A stretch of 64,000 nucleotides of DNA, taken from positions 38,341-102,340 of the forward strand of contig CAYPFT010000001.1 in NCBI GenBank assembly GCA_964410165.1, written 5' to 3'. Shown here piece by piece: positions 56,572 through 64,000 of the stretch. Made by a program: the position numbers and the translations under genes. The stretch comes from an uncultured Candidatus Saccharibacteria bacterium. GTDB taxonomy: Bacteria; Patescibacteriota; Minisyncoccia; Phycocordibacterales; CAIJYI01. The first letter of the stretch is position 1; every line of letters begins with the position of its first letter. The notes beneath the pieces were generated by a model. The model was not told the DNA's origin. It did not search any database and saw only the letters and a program-made list of their open reading frames with translations.

Positions 56572-57005
56572 GTGCACGAAGTTCACACATTCACAATAAT
56601 ATGAAAGAAAGAGAGACGAACAACTCATCGGGGATTATTGCAATTTTTATATTACTGCTGATTCTTGTTCTTTGGTCGTTGACTTGGGATACGGATGAAG
56701 AGCAAGAGCCGTCAGTTCTTGATTCTCCAGAGTTCTTTCAAGAAATGTATGAGCTTGGCGGAGGGCAAATCAAAGAATAGTTTTAGCTTCTCTGGCAACC
56801 TCACTCTTTTTGGACATCTCAAATCAAAAGTAAAGAAACTGGGCACGGAGTGCTTCTGGGGGTAATCGATTAAGGGGATGGACACATCAAGTGTGCTCTG
56901 TGACATCACGGGCACATCTGAGACACTTTCGGTGGGTTGGTAATGGTATCTATCATCTAAAGTTGCTTTCTACCAATACGGCATGGTTTCCGTTAAAATT
57001 GAAGA

Positions 57006-57683
57006 ATGACTCAGGGCAAAATAGAACCAAGACTGCTCGATGAGCTTGAGCGTCTCTTCCAGCGTGAATCTTTTGGTATCGAAGTCATTTTGAAAAGGGC
57101 TAAAATCGGGATTCCTATTCTGGATGGTTTTGAATCCAACCAGAAGTATCTTTCTTGGCTGAAAACACACAAAGATAGATTTTTTGATATTCAGTCAGCA
57201 AGAGCGGACTTAGCTCGAAAGTTTAAGCTACCTCTCCCTCACTCTCAATGGATTGAAGGGTATTTGCTACTTGGAAAAAAGTTTAAGGATTTTGATACAA
57301 CTATCCCTTTTGGGATGTCATTTTCTCGTGGATGGGATAAGGCGGGTTTTTCGTGTGCATTTGAATTTGATAAAGATGAAGAATGCGTCAACATTAAGAT
57401 TCTTCCGGGGGCAAGTTATCGGGATGTGAGTAAATTCATTCGTGATAATAAGGGTGAGATTGAGAAGGCGTTGAGCTCATTTAAGCATAGAGTAGTGCCC
57501 ATTCGAGTACGGAGTCAAAAAGAGCGTGATGAACTTGTTTATGCTTGCTACAAGAAGGGGTTATTGGATCGGTATGGGAGAGATAAGACTTCTGATGGTG
57601 TTTGGCTTCCAGATGAGATTTTGAATATGGATATGGATATGCGACGGAAAATCATTGAGCAACAAATCACATTGAGAAGTTAA
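57006..57683 (+). CDS. Hypothetical island protein
   Basis: 225-aa ORF. No motif recognised. Confidence 0.4.
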   Translation: MTQGKIEPRLLDELERLFQRESFGIEVILKRAKIGIPILDGFESNQKYLSWLKTHKDRFFDIQSARADLARKFKLPLPHSQWIEGYLLLGKKFKDFDTTIPFGMSFSRGWDKAGFSCAFEFDKDEECVNIKILPGASYRDVSKFIRDNKGEIEKALSSFKHRVVPIRVRSQKERDELVYACYKKGLLDRYGRDKTSDGVWLPDEILNMDMDMRRKIIEQQITLRS

Positions 57684-57926
57684 GTGTAAACGCTTAACGG
57701 TTTATCGCGGGACTTCCGTTTTCTTTAGACTGCCTGGTGTAAGGCAGTTTTTTTATGGCATTCACACAAAGGTCGATTCAAAACTTCAAGCGGTTGTATC
57801 TCCAAGAATTCGAGGAGGAGCTTTCGGATGCGGAAGCAGAACGGAGGGCGGGATATCTCCTAGAAGTTTATAGGGTCGTCTTTGGACTGCCAAGCGTAGA
57901 GACGTTCTTTGACAACAAAATAGACG

Positions 57927-58478
57927 ATGAGAAAGCAAAGTGAGCTAGTCACTATCTGGGAGAGTGTGTCGATTATTCCCGGATGGTTGCGGTTGCTGTG
58001 GATGACGAAGCAGTACTCGGATGAGGAACTGGATGAGTTGGAACAGATTGATGATGAGTTTCGTGCTTTTTCCAGAGAGGAGGAAATCAAACATCGGAAG
58101 TGGTTGCGGGAGAATCTCCCTCGGACTACAGATGGGTGGTTGAAGATTTTTCCAGAGGCAGAGAAACTCATCCCTCGGAAGAAACGGAAGAATCAACGGA
58201 GATTCGAGGAGATGCTGGAAGTAGCGAGGGATGTGGACTTGGAGGATGTGGTATCGGAATACGTCGATTTGCGACGGGGCGGTACGCATCGGTTGGTCGG
58301 GCTATGTCCATTCCATGCAGAGAAGACACCCTCATTCGTTGTGTTCACGGATAACCCCCACTACTACTGTTTTGGGTGTCATGAGCATGGGGATGTCATT
58401 ACATTCGTGAGAAAAATTAAAAACTTAAAATTCAAAATGGCTGTGCTGGTGCTGTATAGGTACTCACAGCAAGATTAA
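57927..58478 (+). CDS. CHC2 zinc-finger protein (DnaG-primase-type zinc-binding domain only)
   Basis: VSEYVDLRRGGTHRLVGLCPFHAEKTPSFVVFTDNPHYYCFGCHEHGDVITFV matches the primase CHC2 finger. The start may be at the internal ATG at 58002. Confidence 0.6.
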   Translation: MRKQSELVTIWESVSIIPGWLRLLWMTKQYSDEELDELEQIDDEFRAFSREEEIKHRKWLRENLPRTTDGWLKIFPEAEKLIPRKKRKNQRRFEEMLEVARDVDLEDVVSEYVDLRRGGTHRLVGLCPFHAEKTPSFVVFTDNPHYYCFGCHEHGDVITFVRKIKNLKFKMAVLVLYRYSQQD

Positions 58479-58482
58479 AAAT

Positions 58483-60168
58483 ATGAGCAAGAAAAAAGAA
58501 AAAGAAATTGTGGAAAAGAAATCCATTGATCAAATTGCAGAAGAGGAGAAAACAAAGAATGAGAATCCTACTCCACCAAATGAAGCAGATACGGCTGATG
58601 GTGAAGATGTTGAGTGGCCGGGTGTGTCGTGCATTCTGCAAGACGGGTCATTAGTCGAGATGTTGCATGATTCGGTAAAGCGGACTACTAAGTTGGCGGT
58701 GTATAAAGACGGCAAAGTAAGTCTTGAGGATAGCGTGCGGTTCGATGATAGGACGGTGTTTAAGCCATTAGCTCCCAATCAAAGTCTTCTTGAGACTGGG
58801 TACATTTTGTTTCCTTCGGAGGTCGGAGATTATCAAAGTAATGAAGCCCTGTATTACGAAGTGAGAGCGTTCGTAGATAAATATGTGCAACTTCAAAATG
58901 AGTTTCTCTCGGTCGTTGCAGTCTACATCATGATGAGTTGGGTATACGACAAGTTTAGGAGCGTTCCCTATCTGCGAGTGACAGGTCTCTGGGGAAGCGG
59001 AAAATCTAGATTGTTGTCGGTGGCGGGAAATCTCTGTTACAAGACGGTGATGGCGGGCGGGTCAATCAGTAATGCGGCTTTGTTCAGGACTCTTGATTTG
59101 GTGAAGCCAACTCTTGTGTTTGACGAAGCCGAACTTAACGAAAAAGAGTCAACTGAAATGCGGATGGTTCTACGGCAGGGCTACAGTGCGGGTACTCCGG
59201 TTTCGCGGATGGAGAAGTTACCAAACGGAAAGATGTATATCCAAACATTCGATGTCTTTGGTCCAAAGATTATCGCTTCTTTGGCTCGATTCCATGATGT
59301 TGCTCTTGAAAGTCGATGTCTCACAGGTTGGATGCCTCCACACATGGATAGTGGAAGACCCATTGAGTTAACCAAAGCATTCAAGGAGGAAGCGTTGGCA
59401 TTGAGGAATAAACTTCTGATGTTCAGGTTTAAGAATCATCATCTGATGAGTGCGGACGAGAGTGCGTTGGGAGGGATAAGTCTTCCTCGGTTGAAGCAGA
59501 CGGGACTTGCGGTGATGAGCGTGGCGAAAATGCTTGGGGTACAACCAATCGAAGATGTAAAGAAGTTTCTGGTTGAGTACGAACAAGAACTCGGTATTGA
59601 GCAAGCAGACTCGGTAGAAAATGACATTCTACTCTGCGTGTTAGATCTTCTTACCCAACCAGGAATCAGGTATGCGGGCAAAATTCGTACGGGTGTGGAC
59701 TTGGCGGAGAAGTTCAACAATCTTCACTATGAAGACTACTCAAACAGGGAGACGAAAGAGTACAACTCTAGTTCGATGGGGGTGATGAAGTATCCGGGGT
59801 CAAAAGTGTCTGCGAAGAAAATCGGTTGGTATGTGCGGAAGATGGGCTTTCGAGTGGATAGAGATGCCCGGGGCTTCTACATCTCTATTGTGAAGGAGTA
59901 TCCAAAGATTCGGTTGCTGGCGAAGCGGTACGGGCTTGATTCTCTATTCGAGCTTCCAGAGGGCAATCTCAACGGAGTGAAGCGAGTCGTGGACGCTGCT
60001 ACTAAGGCACAAAATTTGAAGGCGCAGGAAGAGCGGAAGCAAAAGAGGGAGCTTGAAGAGAAACGGAAGAAAGAGGCGGAGGAGAGGGAGCGAAATCGTA
60101 AACCAATGTCAGATGAAGAATACAAGGAGATCTTTGGAGAGAACTCTCTACCTAAAGATACTCTTTGA
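58483..60168 (+). CDS. P-loop NTPase, putative replication/primase-associated ATPase of the island
   Basis: Walker A VTGLWGSGKSRLL and Walker B PTLVFDEAE. C-terminal K/E-rich tail. Confidence 0.45.
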   Translation: MSKKKEKEIVEKKSIDQIAEEEKTKNENPTPPNEADTADGEDVEWPGVSCILQDGSLVEMLHDSVKRTTKLAVYKDGKVSLEDSVRFDDRTVFKPLAPNQSLLETGYILFPSEVGDYQSNEALYYEVRAFVDKYVQLQNEFLSVVAVYIMMSWVYDKFRSVPYLRVTGLWGSGKSRLLSVAGNLCYKTVMAGGSISNAALFRTLDLVKPTLVFDEAELNEKESTEMRMVLRQGYSAGTPVSRMEKLPNGKMYIQTFDVFGPKIIASLARFHDVALESRCLTGWMPPHMDSGRPIELTKAFKEEALALRNKLLMFRFKNHHLMSADESALGGISLPRLKQTGLAVMSVAKMLGVQPIEDVKKFLVEYEQELGIEQADSVENDILLCVLDLLTQPGIRYAGKIRTGVDLAEKFNNLHYEDYSNRETKEYNSSSMGVMKYPGSKVSAKKIGWYVRKMGFRVDRDARGFYISIVKEYPKIRLLAKRYGLDSLFELPEGNLNGVKRVVDAATKAQNLKAQEERKQKRELEEKRKKEAEERERNRKPMSDEEYKEIFGENSLPKDTL

Positions 60169-60508
60169 GGAAGTTAACTTCGTTCACATCGTTAATGTGG
60201 GGGTGAGGGTAAGTCATACTCTCACCCCTCTTAGCGTGTGTGCGAATCTACCCAAAGTTGTTAACACTTTTTTGGGATTATTAACCTATACATATATAGA
60301 ATAATGTGGTATAATATATTTATGAAAATAAAGTATCTAAGCCATATTTTCTAATCTTGTATGGATTTCGAGTCACTCAAAGATTGTGTAATCGTAGACA
60401 TGATTGAGAAAGTCAAAAAAATGACTCGGGATGAGCTTGAGAGTCGTGTGATCGATTTTGAATCTCGAAAAATCGAAACTCTCAAAACCTTAAATGAGGT
60501 AATAGATT

Positions 60509-62200
60509 ATGGAAACAAAAACAAAACTTAGATATGTAGCGTATGCTCGTAAGTCGACTGACCAGGAAGAAAAACAAATCACTTCCATTGAAGATCAGTT
60601 GCGGGAAATTGAGCGGATAGGTGCTGATTGTCACATTACAAAGAAACTCACGGAAAAACGGACTGCTAAAACTCTGGGTCGTCCTGTTTTTGCTGAAATG
60701 TTGCAGTTGATTCTGGATAAGAAAGTAGACGGGATTGTTTGCTGGAAGCTGAATCGGTTAGCAAGAAATCCAATAGATGGAGGGCAGATAATCTGGATGT
60801 TGCAAAATGGGGTTATCAAAGAAATCAGGACTGATGATGGTATCTACACTCCAGAGAGTGACATGATAATGCTTCACATCCACTTCGGGATGGCTCATCA
60901 GTTCAGTTTGAATCTCAGTAAGGACATCAAGAGAGGTTTACAGGGTCGTCTTCGTGAGGGAGTTCGTCCAAGTATTGCTCCTATCGGGTACATAAACAGT
61001 CAGTATCACATCAAGAGGATGGAAGAAATCTTGGTTGATGAGGAGCGGTTCCCAAAAGTAAGAAAGTTATTCGATTTAATGCTTTCTGGACAATACTCTC
61101 CTCTCCAGTTGGTTGAGATTGCGGATAAGCAACTCCATCTGGAAACAAGGGGGACGAAGAAATGGCCGAGAAAAGCGATGAGTAAGTCAAATATGTATCG
61201 GGTTCTCACCAATCCTTTCTACTATGGGTCGTTCGAGTTTCCGGAGGGTAGCGGTGATTGGCATGTTGGTAAACATAAACCAATGATTACGGAAGAGGAG
61301 TATGACAAAATCCAATCTCTCCTTGGTCGTGAGGGTAGACCGAGACCGAAGACTCACATCTTTGCTTACACTGGATTGATGCGGTGTGCAGGTTGCCAGG
61401 CTCGCGTGACTGCTGAAGAAAAATGGAAACACCAACAGAATGGGAATAGTCACCATTACATCTACTATCGGTGTACGGGTAGTCAGGGTCCAGAGTGTTT
61501 GGAGAAGTCGGTTGAGGTGAAAGTTCTGGAAAAGCAAATTGATGAATTTCTCTCTAAGATTCAGATTCCACCAGAGTTCCATGAATGGGCTGTTGAGGAG
61601 TTGAAGAAACTCCATGAAAGAGAAAAGGGTGATAGGAACTCGCTGATTGTGAAGCATGAGCAGGACTATAAGGACTGTGTATTCAAGCTGGATCAGTTGA
61701 TGGAGCTTCGATTGGAGGGCAAGGTTTCGGATGAGATGTTCTCTCGGAAGGAATCACAACTCTTGAAGCAGAAAGCAGAATTGAAGAGATTGTCTGATGG
61801 AGATGATAAGAGAGTAGATGACTGGTTGGTTCGTCTTGAAAGCACTCTCACCTTTGCGGAGAGAGCCAGAGAGGAATTCCAAAAGGGTGATATTGCGAAG
61901 CGGAGGCAGATTCTTACTGCTTTGGGGACTGAGCATATCCTCAAAGACCGGGCAATCCACATCAATACGGAAAAACCACTCCTTGTACTTCAAGAAGTGG
62001 TTTCCGAGAGCAATCGTCTGTTAGATAAGTTAGAACCTCCCAAAAGTGTTGGAAACAATGGGCGGATTAAACAAATCTATGACAAAAGTTCATCAATGTG
62101 GAGATGGGGGGAATCGAACCCCCGTGCAAAAAGGAATTCTCGCTCCTTCTACAAACATAGATTATTTGTTTTTGGTTTAAGTGGAAAAAGTAAGGAATAA
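60509..62200 (+). CDS. Large serine recombinase (resolvase/invertase-type N-terminal domain plus recombinase and zinc-ribbon domains)
   Basis: YVAYARKSTDQEEKQITSIEDQ catalytic-serine motif. The recombinase domain (RPSIAPIGY) and CxxC...C zinc ribbon (RCAGCQA...YYRCTG...C) are both present. The 3' end reads through the ssrA terminus. Confidence 0.85.
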   Translation: METKTKLRYVAYARKSTDQEEKQITSIEDQLREIERIGADCHITKKLTEKRTAKTLGRPVFAEMLQLILDKKVDGIVCWKLNRLARNPIDGGQIIWMLQNGVIKEIRTDDGIYTPESDMIMLHIHFGMAHQFSLNLSKDIKRGLQGRLREGVRPSIAPIGYINSQYHIKRMEEILVDEERFPKVRKLFDLMLSGQYSPLQLVEIADKQLHLETRGTKKWPRKAMSKSNMYRVLTNPFYYGSFEFPEGSGDWHVGKHKPMITEEEYDKIQSLLGREGRPRPKTHIFAYTGLMRCAGCQARVTAEEKWKHQQNGNSHHYIYYRCTGSQGPECLEKSVEVKVLEKQIDEFLSKIQIPPEFHEWAVEELKKLHEREKGDRNSLIVKHEQDYKDCVFKLDQLMELRLEGKVSDEMFSRKESQLLKQKAELKRLSDGDDKRVDDWLVRLESTLTFAERAREEFQKGDIAKRRQILTALGTEHILKDRAIHINTEKPLLVLQEVVSESNRLLDKLEPPKSVGNNGRIKQIYDKSSSMWRWGESNPRAKRNSRSFYKHRLFVFGLSGKSKE

Positions 62201-62491
62201 TCAAAATCTTTCTCCACCCTAGCTTCTTTGTTTTGAAAATAAATCGAAGCGGTTTATATTTTCTATCCCGATTTGTATTACACCCGTATCCCACCCTCGG
62301 GAGAGGAGAGATAAAGACGCCGGTTTACGCTAAAGCGAATCCGGGATGAAAAGCAAAGTATGGTGATACAACGCTTTTCACCTTAGAAGAAAGTTTTGCA
62401 ACTATCAGTTTCCTGTGCGCTATAACGGGTGAACAGGAGTATCCGGTTTGCAAAGCGAGAAGACGACTTCTTGTCGAAGCCAGTCATCCCC
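62098..62491 (-). ncRNA. ssrA: tmRNA (SsrA)
   Basis: 5' end GGGGAUGACUGGCUUCGAC matches the tmRNA consensus. Acceptor pairing GGGGAUG/CAUCUCC carries G3:U70. T-arm GGGGGUUCGAUUCCCCC. Resume context GAUAGUU-GCA followed by a 24-codon tag ending FALA-UAA. Confidence 0.75.
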
Positions 62492-62502
62492 ATGTTGTTG
62501 AG

Positions 62503-62933
62503 TATCAGGGAAAGAGTATCAGTATCAGGAATTTTTATCCATTGCTGATTTTACTAAGCCGGAGATAAGTCGAATCGCGAGACGAATAGACATATTGATT
62601 TCATTGAAAGTTTCCTCATTTATAAACGCAAGGTCTTTCGCCACAAGTAATTGGCTCTCTGTTTCAAGTAATGACCCTTTTGCTATGGCGTAAAAATGCG
62701 CCTTATCTTTTGCAGAATTTCTTCCGAAGCCTTCTGCGATGTTTGAAACAATGGAAATCGAAGCTCTTCTGATTTGGTTTGTTAGACCAAACCTTTCGTC
62801 CGGAGGAAATGTTTTTGTAATCTTATAAATTACCAGCACAATTTTCTGCGCTTCTTTCCATGCTTCTAAGTCTGTAAAATTTTGAATTTTCATAATCGTT
62901 TTCGTCCCTGATACTGATACTTTCCCCTGATAC
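62503..62933. mobile_element. Inverted-repeat-flanked cassette carrying the four-helix-bundle gene
   Basis: 28-bp inverted repeats gtatcagggaaagagtatcagtatcagg (62503-62530) and cctgatactgatactttcccctgatac (62907-62933). Confidence 0.5.
62525..62893 (-). CDS. Four-helix-bundle protein of the 23S rRNA intervening-sequence (IVS) protein family
   Basis: 122 aa, DLEAWKEAQKIVLVIYKITKTFPPDERFGLTNQIRRASISIVSNIAEG...KGSLLETESQL is typical of TIGR02436. Confidence 0.7.
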   Translation of the reverse strand: MKIQNFTDLEAWKEAQKIVLVIYKITKTFPPDERFGLTNQIRRASISIVSNIAEGFGRNSAKDKAHFYAIAKGSLLETESQLLVAKDLAFINEETFNEINMSIRLAIRLISGLVKSAMDKNS

Positions 62934-62949
62934 TTAAATTATCAACGTG

Positions 62950-63390
62950 CTACCGTTTCATTTCGCGCGCCATTTCGCGTTCCGAGTCGCGTTTTTTAAT
63001 CGTCTCGCGCTTGTCGTATTTCTTTTTTCCGCGAACGATGGCGATTTCCGCTTTGATTTTCCTGCCCTTATTATACATGGATATAGGTATCACTGTCAAG
63101 CCTTTTTGCCCCTCGGCGTCGGCGAGCCTTGTTATCTCGCTTTTTTTGAGCAAGAGCCTTCTGGTGCGGTCAGGTTCGTAGCTTTTCGGGGCGTTTTTGG
63201 GCTGGAAGGCGGGGATAGAGGCGCCGATGAGGAACGCTTCACCGCCACGGACGATCACTCGCGCGCCTTCAAGAGATCCGCGCTTCATTTGCACGGATTT
63301 CACCTCGAAGCCGAGAAATTCGACCCCCGCCTCAAATTTCTCGAGGATTTCGTAGTTAAAAGAAGCTTTTTTGTTGAAGAGAAGCGACAT
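62950..63390 (-). CDS. smpB: SsrA-binding protein SmpB
   Basis: NKKASFNYEILEKFEAGVEFLGFEVKSV...DRTRRLLLKKSEI...KGRKIKAEIAIVRGKKKYDKRE. Start chosen at MSLLF; the longer ORF reaches 63561. Confidence 0.85.
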   Translation of the reverse strand: MSLLFNKKASFNYEILEKFEAGVEFLGFEVKSVQMKRGSLEGARVIVRGGEAFLIGASIPAFQPKNAPKSYEPDRTRRLLLKKSEITRLADAEGQKGLTVIPISMYNKGRKIKAEIAIVRGKKKYDKRETIKKRDSEREMAREMKR

Positions 63391-63500
63391 AGGTATATAT
63401 AGTAGCAGGGAAGCGTGGAGTTGACAAGTAATATAAACTACAGTATACTTAGCTTTAACAAATTGTTCATCGTTAATCATTTTTTTCGGAGGAAATCGCC

Positions 63501-64000
63501 ATGAACGCGTTAACGCTTGTGTTTCTCGCCGTGCTGTTAATCGCCATTTGCTGTGAAGCAAGGCTGACGCATAAGGATATGAGGCAGTTACGGCAGTCGT
63601 ATAAAACCAACCTCGCCATGTTTCTTTTCAACAACGCGGCGTTGTCATTACTGTCGGTATCCTCGCTCCTCTTGGTGGCAGGAAACTTTTCTCAATTCGG
63701 CCTGTTGAATCTCGCGGGGCCGTGGAAACTTCCGTTGTCTTTCATTCTGCTTGATGTAACGCTCTACGCGTGGCATCGGGCATGTCACACCTTTGAGTGT
63801 TTATGGATGTTCCACAAGGTGCACCACAGCGATCATTCAATGAATGTGACAACGGCGTTTCGCGTGCATGTGGTTGAGGTGTTTTTGACGACGGTGGTGA
63901 AAGCGATTTTTATCATCGTTGCTGGAGTAGACGTCATCCTTGTCCTCGTGAACGAAACAATAATCACGCTCTTCGTCATGTTTCATCATTCACAGATGAC
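63501..64000 (+). CDS. Fatty-acid hydroxylase / sterol-desaturase-family membrane protein, 3' end cut by the window edge
   Basis: GGAGG RBS. Histidine boxes WHRACH and HKVHHSDH. Hydrophobic segments. Confidence 0.55.
   Translation, partial: MNALTLVFLAVLLIAICCEARLTHKDMRQLRQSYKTNLAMFLFNNAALSLLSVSSLLLVAGNFSQFGLLNLAGPWKLPLSFILLDVTLYAWHRACHTFECLWMFHKVHHSDHSMNVTTAFRVHVVEVFLTTVVKAIFIIVAGVDVILVLVNETIITLFVMFHHSQM

Larger units (their letters stand above)
51641..62116. mobile_element. Integrated genomic island in the 3' end of ssrA, bounded by a 20-bp direct repeat tgtggagatggggggaatcg (51641-51660 and 62097-62116)
   Basis: The repeat is the reverse complement of the tmRNA 3' terminus. A serine recombinase gene abuts intact ssrA. 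The interior is visibly AT-richer than the flanking DNA. Confidence 0.7.

Noticed and set aside
62097-62130. tRNA-like T-arm plus acceptor (gggggttcgattccccccatctcca on the minus strand), considered as a tRNA gene or tRNA fragment
   Set aside because: No D-arm or anticodon arm can be built upstream. The matching 5' acceptor strand GGGGAUG lies ~390 nt away with tmRNA-specific 5' sequence, so this is the 3' domain of ssrA, not a tRNA.

Overview
A 64-kb chromosomal window from a small-genome, roughly 50% GC bacterium. I see no rRNA genes, no tRNA genes and no CRISPR array. Core genes present are recG, ftsH, metG, recO, tatD, ppsA, the infC-rpmI-rplT operon, a fragment of the ribosomal-protein cluster (rpsS to rplE), fusA and smpB. 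The accessory content falls into seven groups. (1) A compact beta-oxidation or butyrate-type module: a fused ETF-QO/FixCX-like oxidoreductase, etfA, etfB, thiolase, 3-hydroxyacyl-CoA dehydrogenase, a fused enoyl-CoA hydratase/acyl-CoA dehydrogenase, and an acyl-CoA ligase. (2) Three families of miniature inverted-repeat elements. Family 1 has four copies, one inside the ribosomal operon. Family 2 has one full copy plus a fragment inserted in frame inside prmC. Family 3 has one copy. (3) A roughly 0.9-kb cassette at the recG 3' end, flanked by an imperfect 44-bp duplication of the recG terminus. It carries a MazF-like toxin and sits next to a RelE/RelB-like pair. (4) A roughly 10.5-kb AT-rich integrated element in the 3' end of the tmRNA gene ssrA. 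The tmRNA has the G3:U70 pair, and its terminal 20 nt is duplicated at the far end of the island. The island carries a large serine recombinase, a CHC2 zinc-finger (primase-like) protein, a P-loop NTPase, and an amino-methyltransferase convergent with a two-gene operon. That operon encodes a 762-aa protein with an N-terminal GHKL (MORC-like) ATPase motif set. I flag this pair as the most likely novel restriction/defence candidate. Further left is an array of decayed ssrA-3'-end repeats. (5) A four-helix-bundle (23S-IVS-type) gene flanked by 28-bp inverted repeats between ssrA and smpB. (6) Several promoters place an extended or consensus -10 box 6-8 nt before the ATG, which implies leaderless mRNAs. 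An identical 28-nt motif sits immediately before the rpsC and fusA start codons. (7) A secreted cysteine-rich protein with a VirB2/TrbC-like C-terminus. Every call is made by eye from the sequence and the ORF track; no database search was run.
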